A DNA stretch of 32,000 nucleotides. Origin: Nitrososphaera viennensis EN76 (lineage in GTDB: Archaea; Thermoproteota; Nitrososphaeria; Nitrososphaerales; Nitrososphaeraceae). Where the stretch lies: NCBI RefSeq assembly GCF_000698785.1, contig NZ_CP007536.1, positions 1,980,001-2,012,000 on the forward strand, read 5' to 3'. The notes below the pieces were generated by a model. It saw nothing but the letters and a program-made list of their open reading frames with translations. It was not told the DNA's origin and searched no databases. Positions 9,171 to 15,850 of this stretch are shown in pieces. Each line of letters opens with the position of its first letter. Positions within the stretch are counted from its first letter, which is position 1. The position numbers and the translations under genes are program-made.

Positions 9171-9358
9171 TGGTAGCAGAGGTTTGGCTATATCCATCTC
9201 TCGGGGTTCCTGTATGGTATGCGGAGAGTCTTGTCATCGCCACCTGTCATAAAATAATGGAAAGTTCTTCGTTATATGTTATTCATGAAATATTTTATAT
9301 TAATATTCTATATTTTTCATGAAACCTTTTTAATCCTTCCAAGACTTGCACACCGTCA

Positions 9359-9784
9359 ATGAACAGGAAAACAACGATCTTTGCCACCGCAGGCACAGCC
9401 GCCATTCTGGCAGCGGCCGTGCTGGCTTTTACGACGGCGACAGCGACAAGCCAGGCAGCCTTTGCGGCCAACGTAAACATCGACATAGTGCCGGGAGCGG
9501 AAATCAAGACCAGCGATGCATTTTCTCCGAGCTCCCCGGAGGTCCACGTAGGCGAGACGGTGACATGGACAAACAAGGACACCTCTTCGCATACGGTGAC
9601 GTCCGGCTCGGACGGCAAACCCGACGGCAAGTTCGGGGTCAAGGCAGACGGAACCCCTGAAATCATAGAGCCAAACAAGACGCAGGAATTCAAGCCAACA
9701 ACGCCGGGAGACTATTCGTACTACTGCGCGCTCCATCCTGCAATGGTTGGAAAACTTACGGTAGAGCCAGCCGGCGTCAGTTAA
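9359..9784 (+). CDS. Plastocyanin/cupredoxin-type blue copper protein with N-terminal signal or anchor
   Basis: The hydrophobic N-terminus is TIFATAGTAAILAAAVLAF. Type-1 Cu ligands are in canonical order: SSHTV ... YYCALHPAMVG (His, Cys, His, Met). Confidence 0.85.
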   Translation: MNRKTTIFATAGTAAILAAAVLAFTTATATSQAAFAANVNIDIVPGAEIKTSDAFSPSSPEVHVGETVTWTNKDTSSHTVTSGSDGKPDGKFGVKADGTPEIIEPNKTQEFKPTTPGDYSYYCALHPAMVGKLTVEPAGVS

Positions 9785-9860
9785 GAAGAAGAGGAAGAGG
9801 AGTCAACGAAAGAACACACCACGACATAACGCGAGGCACTCCATCACAGCGGGCATGCAG

Positions 9861-9888
9861 CATAGCAAAAAAAGCCCTATGTTTTTTT
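9861..9888 (+). terminator. Hairpin plus T7 run downstream of the cupredoxin gene
   Basis: CATAG(9861-9865) and CTATG(9877-9881) form an inverted repeat. It is followed directly by TTTTTTT (9882-9888). Confidence 0.35.
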
Positions 9889-10100
9889 CTTTCTTGCCTA
9901 ATTTTTTGCGGGTCGTATGCCAGAGGACTCTAAAAACGGCAGTCGCGGCAAGAGGCATCAAAAAGATCAGACAAGATCTTCCTTCTGACGTGCTTTCTCC
10001 GTCACAGGGCGGGCCTGTTATTTTACGAACAAGGCAAAAAATTCTAGAAAAGAGTTTGCTAAAGAAGCCGTCGAAGGCATGTGTGTGTGAGAATCTACTT

Positions 10101-11228
10101 TCAAGGCGCCTGTATGTGGAGGATCTTGTCGTCGCCGGGGTTGGGTATGGCCCTGCCGTCGCGGTTTGAAGTCAGCACGTACAGCGTGCCGTCGGGCGCC
10201 TCCACCACGTCGCGTATCCTGCCGTAGCTTGTCAGGACGTTTATGGCGGTGTTGTCAGAAAGGTCCACCTTGCGCAGCTGCATCGCCTTGAGCGACGCGA
10301 CCAGCAGGTCGCCCTCGTAGCCCAGCTTGTCAGAGTGCGCGACTGCCATGCCTGCCGGCGCTATGGCAGGGTTGAAGCACGCCACCGGCTTTTCAAACCT
10401 CGTCGCGTCGCACTGCTCTATGGGCCAGCCATAGTTTTCGCCCGGCTTTATCAGGTTGATCTCGTCGTTGCCCGACTCGCCGTGGTCCGTCGCGTACATC
10501 CTGCTGCCCTGCGCGTCCCACGCGAGGCCCTGCACGTTCCTGTGGCCGTACGAGTAGACCGGCGAGCCGGCAAACGGGTTGTCGTCCGGGATGGAGCCGT
10601 CCGGGTTTATGCGCAGTATCTTGCCTGCAAGCGAGCCGGCGTCCTGCGCAAGCTCGGGCTGCTTGGCGTCGCCTGTTGCTATATACAATTTGCCGTCGGG
10701 CCCGAACCTTATCCTGCCGCCGTCGTTCCTGTCAGAAGCGGGTATGCCGTCAAGCACGACCCTGGAATCGATAATCTTGCTGTCCTTTTCAGTCAGCATC
10801 ACTACCTTGTTAAAGACGGCGGTGCCGTTCGTGTACGTCTGGTAGATGTAGAGCAGGTGGTTCTGCATAAAGCCGGGGTGGAGTGCAAGCCCGAGCAGCC
10901 CTGCCTCGCCTTCCTGCGCCACGTTGATGTATGCCGCAGGGTCTGAAAGGAGCGTGCCGTTTGCCGCCACGACGCGTATCGCCCCCGACCTTTCGGTGAA
11001 GAACAGCCGGCCGTCCTGCGCCACGTCGATAGCCCAGGGGACGTCGAGGTTCTCTGCCACCACCTTTATGCCGGAGCTGATGCCGCCTGTGCTGTTGCCG
11101 CTGCTGCCGCCAGTCGAGGGCTCGGGGATGGGGATGGTAGTCGACGAGGGCGCAAAAAATATGGTGGCCACCGAAGCGACTATGATTGCCACCGCCGCGA
11201 CAAGCGCCAGCCTCCTGTCCCGCTCCAT
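10101..11228 (-). CDS. PQQ-dependent soluble sugar (glucose/sorbosone) dehydrogenase family beta-propeller, membrane anchored
   Basis: An N-terminal TM segment is followed by FFTERSGAIRVV, LLGLALHPGF, GGRIRFGPDGKLYIATGD, GKILRINPDGSIPDDNPF, YSYGHRNVQGLAWD and GENYGWP motifs of the YliI/sorbosone dehydrogenase family. Confidence 0.82.
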   Translation of the reverse strand: MERDRRLALVAAVAIIVASVATIFFAPSSTTIPIPEPSTGGSSGNSTGGISSGIKVVAENLDVPWAIDVAQDGRLFFTERSGAIRVVAANGTLLSDPAAYINVAQEGEAGLLGLALHPGFMQNHLLYIYQTYTNGTAVFNKVVMLTEKDSKIIDSRVVLDGIPASDRNDGGRIRFGPDGKLYIATGDAKQPELAQDAGSLAGKILRINPDGSIPDDNPFAGSPVYSYGHRNVQGLAWDAQGSRMYATDHGESGNDEINLIKPGENYGWPIEQCDATRFEKPVACFNPAIAPAGMAVAHSDKLGYEGDLLVASLKAMQLRKVDLSDNTAINVLTSYGRIRDVVEAPDGTLYVLTSNRDGRAIPNPGDDKILHIQAP

Positions 11229-11293
11229 ACGCTATCATGGAGGGGTTGGATGGAGAAGGCTTAAAATGTAATCCCTCGTCTTTACAATAAACA

Positions 11294-12409
11294 ATGAAAG
11301 TTTCTGACATCATGGTTGCAGACGTTGCAAGCGCCGCCTCGGAAGACCCGGTCGCCAAGGCGTTCAGCGTCATGATTGACAGGTCGATTAACCAGCTGCC
11401 ACTCGTCGACGAGGGCGGCCGGTATGCCGGCATGGTGTTTGCCAAGCACCTCCTTTCTTCAGGCGCCCCGCCCACGTCAAAGCTAAAGAGCTATGCGGTA
11501 AAGACGCAGGCGCTAAGCCCCGACGAGGACGTCGAAAAGGCGGCCAGGATGGTGCTTGGAAGCGGCAACAGGGCGCTTCCGGTCGTGGAAAACAACGGCA
11601 GGCTCGCAGGGATTGTCAGCGAGACCGACATCGCCCAGACTGCAGACTTTGGGCACGCGACCGTCGACGAGGTGATGTCAGGTGCAATCGTGATCGAGGA
11701 GGACACCCCGCTTGCCGACGCCATGTCAAAGATGCGCCGCTACAACATTTCCCGGCTGCCGGTAATCGACAAGAAGGGCGTCCTTCGCGGGGTCGTCAAC
11801 ATACTTGACGTCGCGTCGATACTCGCGACCCCGAAAGAGCGCACGAGCAAGTCCGCCGCCATCACCGGCAGCAAGTCAAGGGTGCAGGGCGACGTGAAGG
11901 TGAAGGACATCATGCGCAGGGCGGTGTCTGTCGAGCGCGGGACAAAGATGAACGACCTGTCGGAGCATTTCAAGAGCAACGAGGAGATAGTGGTCGTGGG
12001 CGACGGCAGGCCGATGGGCATCGTGACTCCAAAGGACGCGCTGGAGCTGATACTGCCGCAAAAGAGGGACGGGCCGGCCATCCACATGGCGCACCTTGAG
12101 GGCGACTCTGACAGGCGCGAGATCGAGGAGCAGCTCGCAAAATTCGTCAAGAAAATCCAGGGCAGGCTGGGCGACATCCAGTCGGTGGTCGTCTACGCGG
12201 ACAAGCACAAGACCCGGAAATACTCTGTGAGGTGCCGGCTCATGACGGCCAAGGGCGTGATAAACGCCAAGGCGGTGGGCTATGACCCGCTAAGCGCGTC
12301 CAAGGAGCTCATCGAGAAACTTGACAGGCAGATCAAGACCGAGCACACCCAGAAGGTCAAGGGCAGGCAGCACCGCGAGTCCGCAAGAAAAGCGGAAGAA
12401 GAAGTGTGA
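11294..12409 (+). CDS. Four-CBS-domain protein with C-terminal HPF/RaiA-like (ribosomal S30AE-like) domain
   Basis: Four CBS units occupy about aa 1-55, 66-116, 123-176 and 203-255. Residues aa 263-352 follow the HPF beta-alpha-beta-beta-beta-alpha pattern and end ...SASKELIEKLDRQIKTEHTQK. A TTAAAATG box lies about 29 bp upstream of the ATG. Confidence 0.8.
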   Translation: MKVSDIMVADVASAASEDPVAKAFSVMIDRSINQLPLVDEGGRYAGMVFAKHLLSSGAPPTSKLKSYAVKTQALSPDEDVEKAARMVLGSGNRALPVVENNGRLAGIVSETDIAQTADFGHATVDEVMSGAIVIEEDTPLADAMSKMRRYNISRLPVIDKKGVLRGVVNILDVASILATPKERTSKSAAITGSKSRVQGDVKVKDIMRRAVSVERGTKMNDLSEHFKSNEEIVVVGDGRPMGIVTPKDALELILPQKRDGPAIHMAHLEGDSDRREIEEQLAKFVKKIQGRLGDIQSVVVYADKHKTRKYSVRCRLMTAKGVINAKAVGYDPLSASKELIEKLDRQIKTEHTQKVKGRQHRESARKAEEEV

Positions 12410-12413
12410 TAGG

Positions 12414-12545
12414 CGCGGACGAGGAGATTTGAACTCCTGATCGCCCGAGGGCGAATCGGCTTTCTGTCAGGCCATGTGGTAGTAACCGACTCAAGGCCGA
12501 CGCATTATTGTGTCTCGAGTAGAGAGACCACTCTGCCACGTCCGC
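12414..12545 (-). tRNA. tRNA-Ser(UGA), class II, with two apparent introns (D-loop and anticodon loop)
   Basis: Hand fold: acceptor GCGGACG/CGTCCGC, U8G9, D stem GCA/UGC, anticodon stem UCGGC/GCCGA with loop CUUGAG..A. The long variable arm is UCGCC-CUCG-GGCGA, the T arm is AGGAG-UUCAAAU-CUCCU, and the discriminator is G. The gene is 132 nt against about 86 nt expected. Confidence 0.8.
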
Positions 12546-12570
12546 GCAATGCAATCCTCTTGCCCGCCTA

Positions 12571-12593
12571 CTTTTATACGTTATATAATATAA
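12571..12593 (-). promoter_or_regulatory. TATA elements upstream of tRNA-Ser
   Basis: The minus strand reads TTATATTATATAACGTATAAAAG. The TATAAAAG is centred about 30 bp upstream of the tRNA 5' end at 12545. Confidence 0.55.
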
Positions 12594-12692
12594 CGGGCTT
12601 GCAGAGCGGCAAGACGGCTCGAATCTGGAAAAAACGGGATTCGCCGGCTGCTGCTATTATTATATACACAAGGATGATGCGGCAACTGCGGC

Positions 12693-12857
12693 CTATTCCA
12701 CTTCTCCGTAATGCACGGTTCTCACGTGCTCCTCCCTGTCCTGCAAATCATCAAAAGCAAGCTGGCACATGTAGCACGACCACTTGTACTTGGGAGGCCG
12801 CTTTTCAGGTCTTGCCCTGAACGCATTTGCAAAATACCTTGAAAGAGCAAACGTCAT
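12693..12857 (-). CDS. 54-aa classical C2H2 zinc-finger microprotein (not in the ORF track, below its size cutoff)
   Basis: My translation is MTFALSRYFANAFRARPEKRPPKYKWSCYMCQLAFDDLQDREEHVRTVHYGEVE. It has C-x2-C-x12-H-x4-H spacing and a basic N-terminus. Confidence 0.5.
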   Translation of the reverse strand: MTFALSRYFANAFRARPEKRPPKYKWSCYMCQLAFDDLQDREEHVRTVHYGEVE

Positions 12858-13114
12858 GGCATGATATCACGTACAAAATATTAAACAATTACTAACAGAA
12901 TAGTGGTGATACTATATTAGAGACTACAAGATACGAAAAAATCGTTGTATTTGCCCTTTGTACATGTATTTTTAGTAAAGCCTGCTTGGCCTGGAATATC
13001 GAGAATTAGCGAGTCGAGATACCCCCGACCTGTGTGGGTCCAAGCCAAGCCCGCTTTTTCCTTGTGCAAGGACAGAATGACAATGTCAAAAAGAGGCAAA
13101 ATAACGCGAGAGAT

Positions 13115-13321
13115 TCATCGTTCGATTTCCTTGAACGACGGTGATGCGCCGATGAACTTGGCGATCTTGTATTTTAGAAAAACCGGGTGTTCTTTGCCGC
13201 AATCATTGCATCGAAGCCTGACATTGCCGGAGATGCTTCTGTACCTCGGTTTTGTTGTTTCATCTTCCTCGATGCATTCAAGCACGTTGCCGCAATCGCA
13301 GGAAAATGACTGCTTTGCCAT
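13115..13321 (-). CDS. Small zinc-ribbon protein (hypothetical)
   Basis: A 68-aa ORF with CDCG ... C ... CNDCG cysteine knuckles. It is more protein-like than the overlapping plus-strand ORF 12945..13346. Confidence 0.5.
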   Translation of the reverse strand: MAKQSFSCDCGNVLECIEEDETTKPRYRSISGNVRLRCNDCGKEHPVFLKYKIAKFIGASPSFKEIER

Positions 13322-13577
13322 TGACCATCATATACGCATACTTTAGATAAAAACCCTGTAGTAGGGGAGGAGATAGTCCAAGCATCACTTGAAACTATTG
13401 GTACACACAGAGGCATGAGAATGGAGAGGGAATCTGCGATGTTGCTTCACTTTCTTGCGTGGCAGTATATCTGCTTTGAATCTTCAAATAGACGCATTTT
13501 TAACCCTGTCAAGTACAGATTAACTGGTTTTCAACTTAGGAAAAAGAAGAGTACTCAATGAATCGCAGTTAAAAGAG

Positions 13578-13847
13578 ATGGTGATGCCCGGCCAGGGTCA
13601 GTTTTTTGGGCGAGTGATAAAGCTAGTCGGCGGCGACAACATCGTAGTGAAATGTACTGACGGCAAGGTAAGGACCTGCAGGATCAGGGGAAAGATCAAG
13701 CGAAGGATGTGGATAAGGGACAACGACCTAGTCCTGGTGGCGCCTTGGGACTTTCAGTCTGACAAGGCAGACATCATCTGGCGGTACATTTCTGCGCATG
13801 CAGAAAAGATCAAGCAGGACGGCCACCTGGCGGGTCTTGACGAATAA
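13578..13847 (+). CDS. eif1a: Translation initiation factor aIF-1A (S1/OB fold)
   Basis: GQFFGRVIKLVGGDNIVVKCTDGKVRTCRIRGKIKRRMWIRDNDLVLVAPWDFQSDKADIIWRY is the conserved IF1A OB-fold core. The first ATG may truncate the N-terminal tail (see findings). Confidence 0.88.
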   Translation: MVMPGQGQFFGRVIKLVGGDNIVVKCTDGKVRTCRIRGKIKRRMWIRDNDLVLVAPWDFQSDKADIIWRYISAHAEKIKQDGHLAGLDE

Positions 13848-13861
13848 TAACTGCCGCCGCA

Positions 13862-14512
13862 TTGTCCGTCAAGCAGCGCCAAGACATAGAATCGCGTCTT
13901 GCTAACTACTACATCCCCCTTCAGATTTTACAGATGGTGGCAGAAGATTGCGGATGTGGCACTACTCTGCCTGCTGCAGCATCAGGCATGCGCGGGCTGG
14001 GGCGAAGCGCCAAAAATTCAAACCTGTTCGCCGCGCTAAACGACAGGGCGGTGATCCTTCTCCAGCAGATATTTATTGATGGCCAAGATTCCTTGTCAAA
14101 TTTTAGATTCGCAGCATTTCTTTCTTCCAAGTGGACCCCGGTTTCGTACAAATTCATAATGAACAAAACAGTCACCGGCAAGTCTGGCGGCACGTATACT
14201 TTTGATGTTTGCGTCTACAGCCGAAATACAGAAGAGCTGGTGACAGTCGGCATGCAAAATAATAGCACAGAACAAAAAGCATCGGATAATGAATCGTTAC
14301 GCAAATTCCTGGCCGCCGTTGACGACCTTTACGCCGCACACCCGCGATTGCAAAGTGCGTACCATGCGTCTTCATATGGTTATGATAATAATTGTGATTC
14401 ATCGCGTTTAAAGCGCGATATGGCGGCCGGCGGCAGTCGTGGTAAAGTAGAAATCAGCCTTCTAGAATACAGAAACGCAGTATACTTTGAAAATAAGTCG
14501 CTTCTGGCCTAG
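13862..14512 (+). CDS. Hypothetical protein (possible degenerate Mrr/PD-(D/E)xK-like core)
   Basis: A 216-aa ORF with a TTG start; an alternative ATG gives MVAEDCG. The GGTYTFDVCVYS...LVTVGMQNN...FLAAVDDLYAA layout only loosely recalls Mrr-type nuclease cores, so no confident family is assigned. Confidence 0.45.
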   Translation: MSVKQRQDIESRLANYYIPLQILQMVAEDCGCGTTLPAAASGMRGLGRSAKNSNLFAALNDRAVILLQQIFIDGQDSLSNFRFAAFLSSKWTPVSYKFIMNKTVTGKSGGTYTFDVCVYSRNTEELVTVGMQNNSTEQKASDNESLRKFLAAVDDLYAAHPRLQSAYHASSYGYDNNCDSSRLKRDMAAGGSRGKVEISLLEYRNAVYFENKSLLA

Positions 14513-14625
14513 AAATATCTGTGCGCAACCAAGAGCGGCTTGCAACAACAATATTTCACTGGTAATGAAATATTAAAGAATGCCGAATTCTTGTTATAGA
14601 ATGCGTGTAGGGTTATGGTGAAACC

Positions 14626-14894
14626 ATGGATCTGTCGGGCGGATTATACGTAAAACCTGGGTATGATGAAAAGACCCGACACTGCTTGAATATGAACTCG
14701 TAAAACGAGGTATAGCGCGGAAATATATACAATCGTACGATAGTGCACGCGCAAAAGAAGGCTCGTTATTCGTATTCTTTGATGATGATGAGCATAAAGC
14801 TAATCCGAAGAAGATAGTGATTGCGAAAATAATTGGCATAGATGAGAGTGGAAAGCTGGCACTGCGCCACACTATGGAGTTTCTATCATCGTAG
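14626..14894 (+). pseudogene. Possible frameshifted small ORF (two protein-like frames joined at an A-run)
   Basis: Frame 1 runs 14626-14703 (MDLSGGLYVKPGYDEKTRHC...). A second frame runs 14670-14894 (KDPTLLEYELVKRGIARKYIQSYDSARAKEGSLFVFFDDDEHKANPKKIVIAKIIGIDESGKLALRHTMEFLSS) and has no start codon of its own. The two frames meet at GAAAAG, 14667-14672. Confidence 0.25.
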
Positions 14895-15039
14895 TTGTGA
14901 GTCGTACTTTCAAAATTGACCCGGTGGTACGAACGCACACACAAAAAGAGCTGCAAAGAAAAAACAGCAAGACATCGGGTAACAATATTACGTGTCATGG
15001 GTAAACAAGGGTTAAAATAATTCTCGTGCAAGTTTACGC

Positions 15040-15564
15040 ATGTCAACAAAAAACTTTCTCAGCAGCAAGAAAGTGATTGTAGTTAGCATCCTGGCCGTCG
15101 TCGCAGTGTCTGCAATTTTCGTGGTATCATCGATGATGATGGCACAGGCAACTGCACAGCAACAACAACAGCAGAGGGCAATGATGACAATGCCTGAAAT
15201 AAAAGGATCGGTGAGCGTCGCAAACGCAACAATGGGCTTTATCAGTGAAAATGTCAAGGTGCCGTTTGTCACAGCGGCCAATACCGCACAGGGACAGGTG
15301 GCCAACGGGACCGTGCTTGGCGGGCACTTGGGCGTGGTGCAGGGGTATCTCGTATACACGTTCTTTGTGGCAAACACTTCAAACCAGACAGGACACCTGG
15401 TCGTAGTTGATGCAGGAAACGGCCAAGCGCTCTACACCTCTGAAGGCCATACTCTGGGTTCATTTGGTCCGATGTCTGGACACTGGGGAGGGCCCTGGCA
15501 TGGAGGAGGAGGGTGGGGCGGACCCTGGAAAGGGCATGGGTTTGGCTGGGGGATGTGGCACTAG
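15040..15564 (+). CDS. Signal-anchored PepSY-domain protein with Gly/Trp/His-rich C-terminal tail
   Basis: The TM anchor is VIVVSILAVVAVSAIFVV. The PepSY-like core is GTVLGGHLGVVQGYLVYTFFV...GHLVVVDAGNGQALY. The tail is GHWGGPWHGGGGWGGPWKGHGFGWGMWH. Confidence 0.7.
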   Translation: MSTKNFLSSKKVIVVSILAVVAVSAIFVVSSMMMAQATAQQQQQQRAMMTMPEIKGSVSVANATMGFISENVKVPFVTAANTAQGQVANGTVLGGHLGVVQGYLVYTFFVANTSNQTGHLVVVDAGNGQALYTSEGHTLGSFGPMSGHWGGPWHGGGGWGGPWKGHGFGWGMWH

Positions 15565-15619
15565 CCCCACTCCCCTCTCTTTTGTTTAAAAAAAGTTGTT
15601 GAGGAGGCTCGGTAAAAAA

Positions 15620-15766
15620 ATGATAAACCAGAACCAAGGCGGCAGGCCACAAGATCTACGCGCATTAAATTGCGGGTACTGCTACCAGCGAAAAGCCGAG
15701 ATATTCCAGGTAACAGGCGACTATTGCCTCCAGTGCTGGCAGGACGAGACTCATCCTAACGTCTGA
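15620..15766 (+). CDS. 48-aa zinc-ribbon microprotein (not in the ORF track)
   Basis: My translation is MINQNQGGRPQDLRALNCGYCYQRKAEIFQVTGDYCLQCWQDETHPNV, with CxxC...CxxC spacing. GAGGAGG lies 13 nt upstream of the ATG. Confidence 0.45.
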   Translation: MINQNQGGRPQDLRALNCGYCYQRKAEIFQVTGDYCLQCWQDETHPNV

Positions 15767-15850
15767 TATAACATTGCCAGGCATAGTTTTGCCAAGACAG
15801 AAATCTATAAGCTCTTCCTTTACCGAGTATACTACAGAGACACTAACCGT

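Noticed and set aside
9855-10169. 104-aa plus ORF in the cupredoxin/dehydrogenase intergenic region, together with the ACAGG-GCGGG-CCTGT hairpin near 10003-10017
   Set aside because: The ORF runs into the 3' end of the convergent dehydrogenase gene and is Lys/Arg-rich low complexity. The region is better explained as convergent terminators (T-runs at 9882-9888 on plus and about 10040 on minus).
12414-12545. tRNA-Ser as an integration site (att) for the adjacent AT-rich block
   Set aside because: The AT-rich DNA abuts the 5' side of the tRNA, not its 3' half. No integrase is visible, and I found no second copy of the tRNA 3' segment (GGAGTTCAAATCTCC or its complement) elsewhere in the window.
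12945-13346. 133-aa plus-strand ORF
   Set aside because: It overlaps the minus-strand zinc-ribbon ORF 13115-13321, which has ordered Cys knuckles. The plus product is low-complexity with no recognisable fold signals.
14594-15049. 151-aa minus-strand ORF in the AT-rich gap
   Set aside because: Its composition is implausible (Cys/Ser/Phe/Arg-rich with no domain-like segments). It also overlaps the start of the PepSY gene. The plus-strand frames look more protein-like (see finding).
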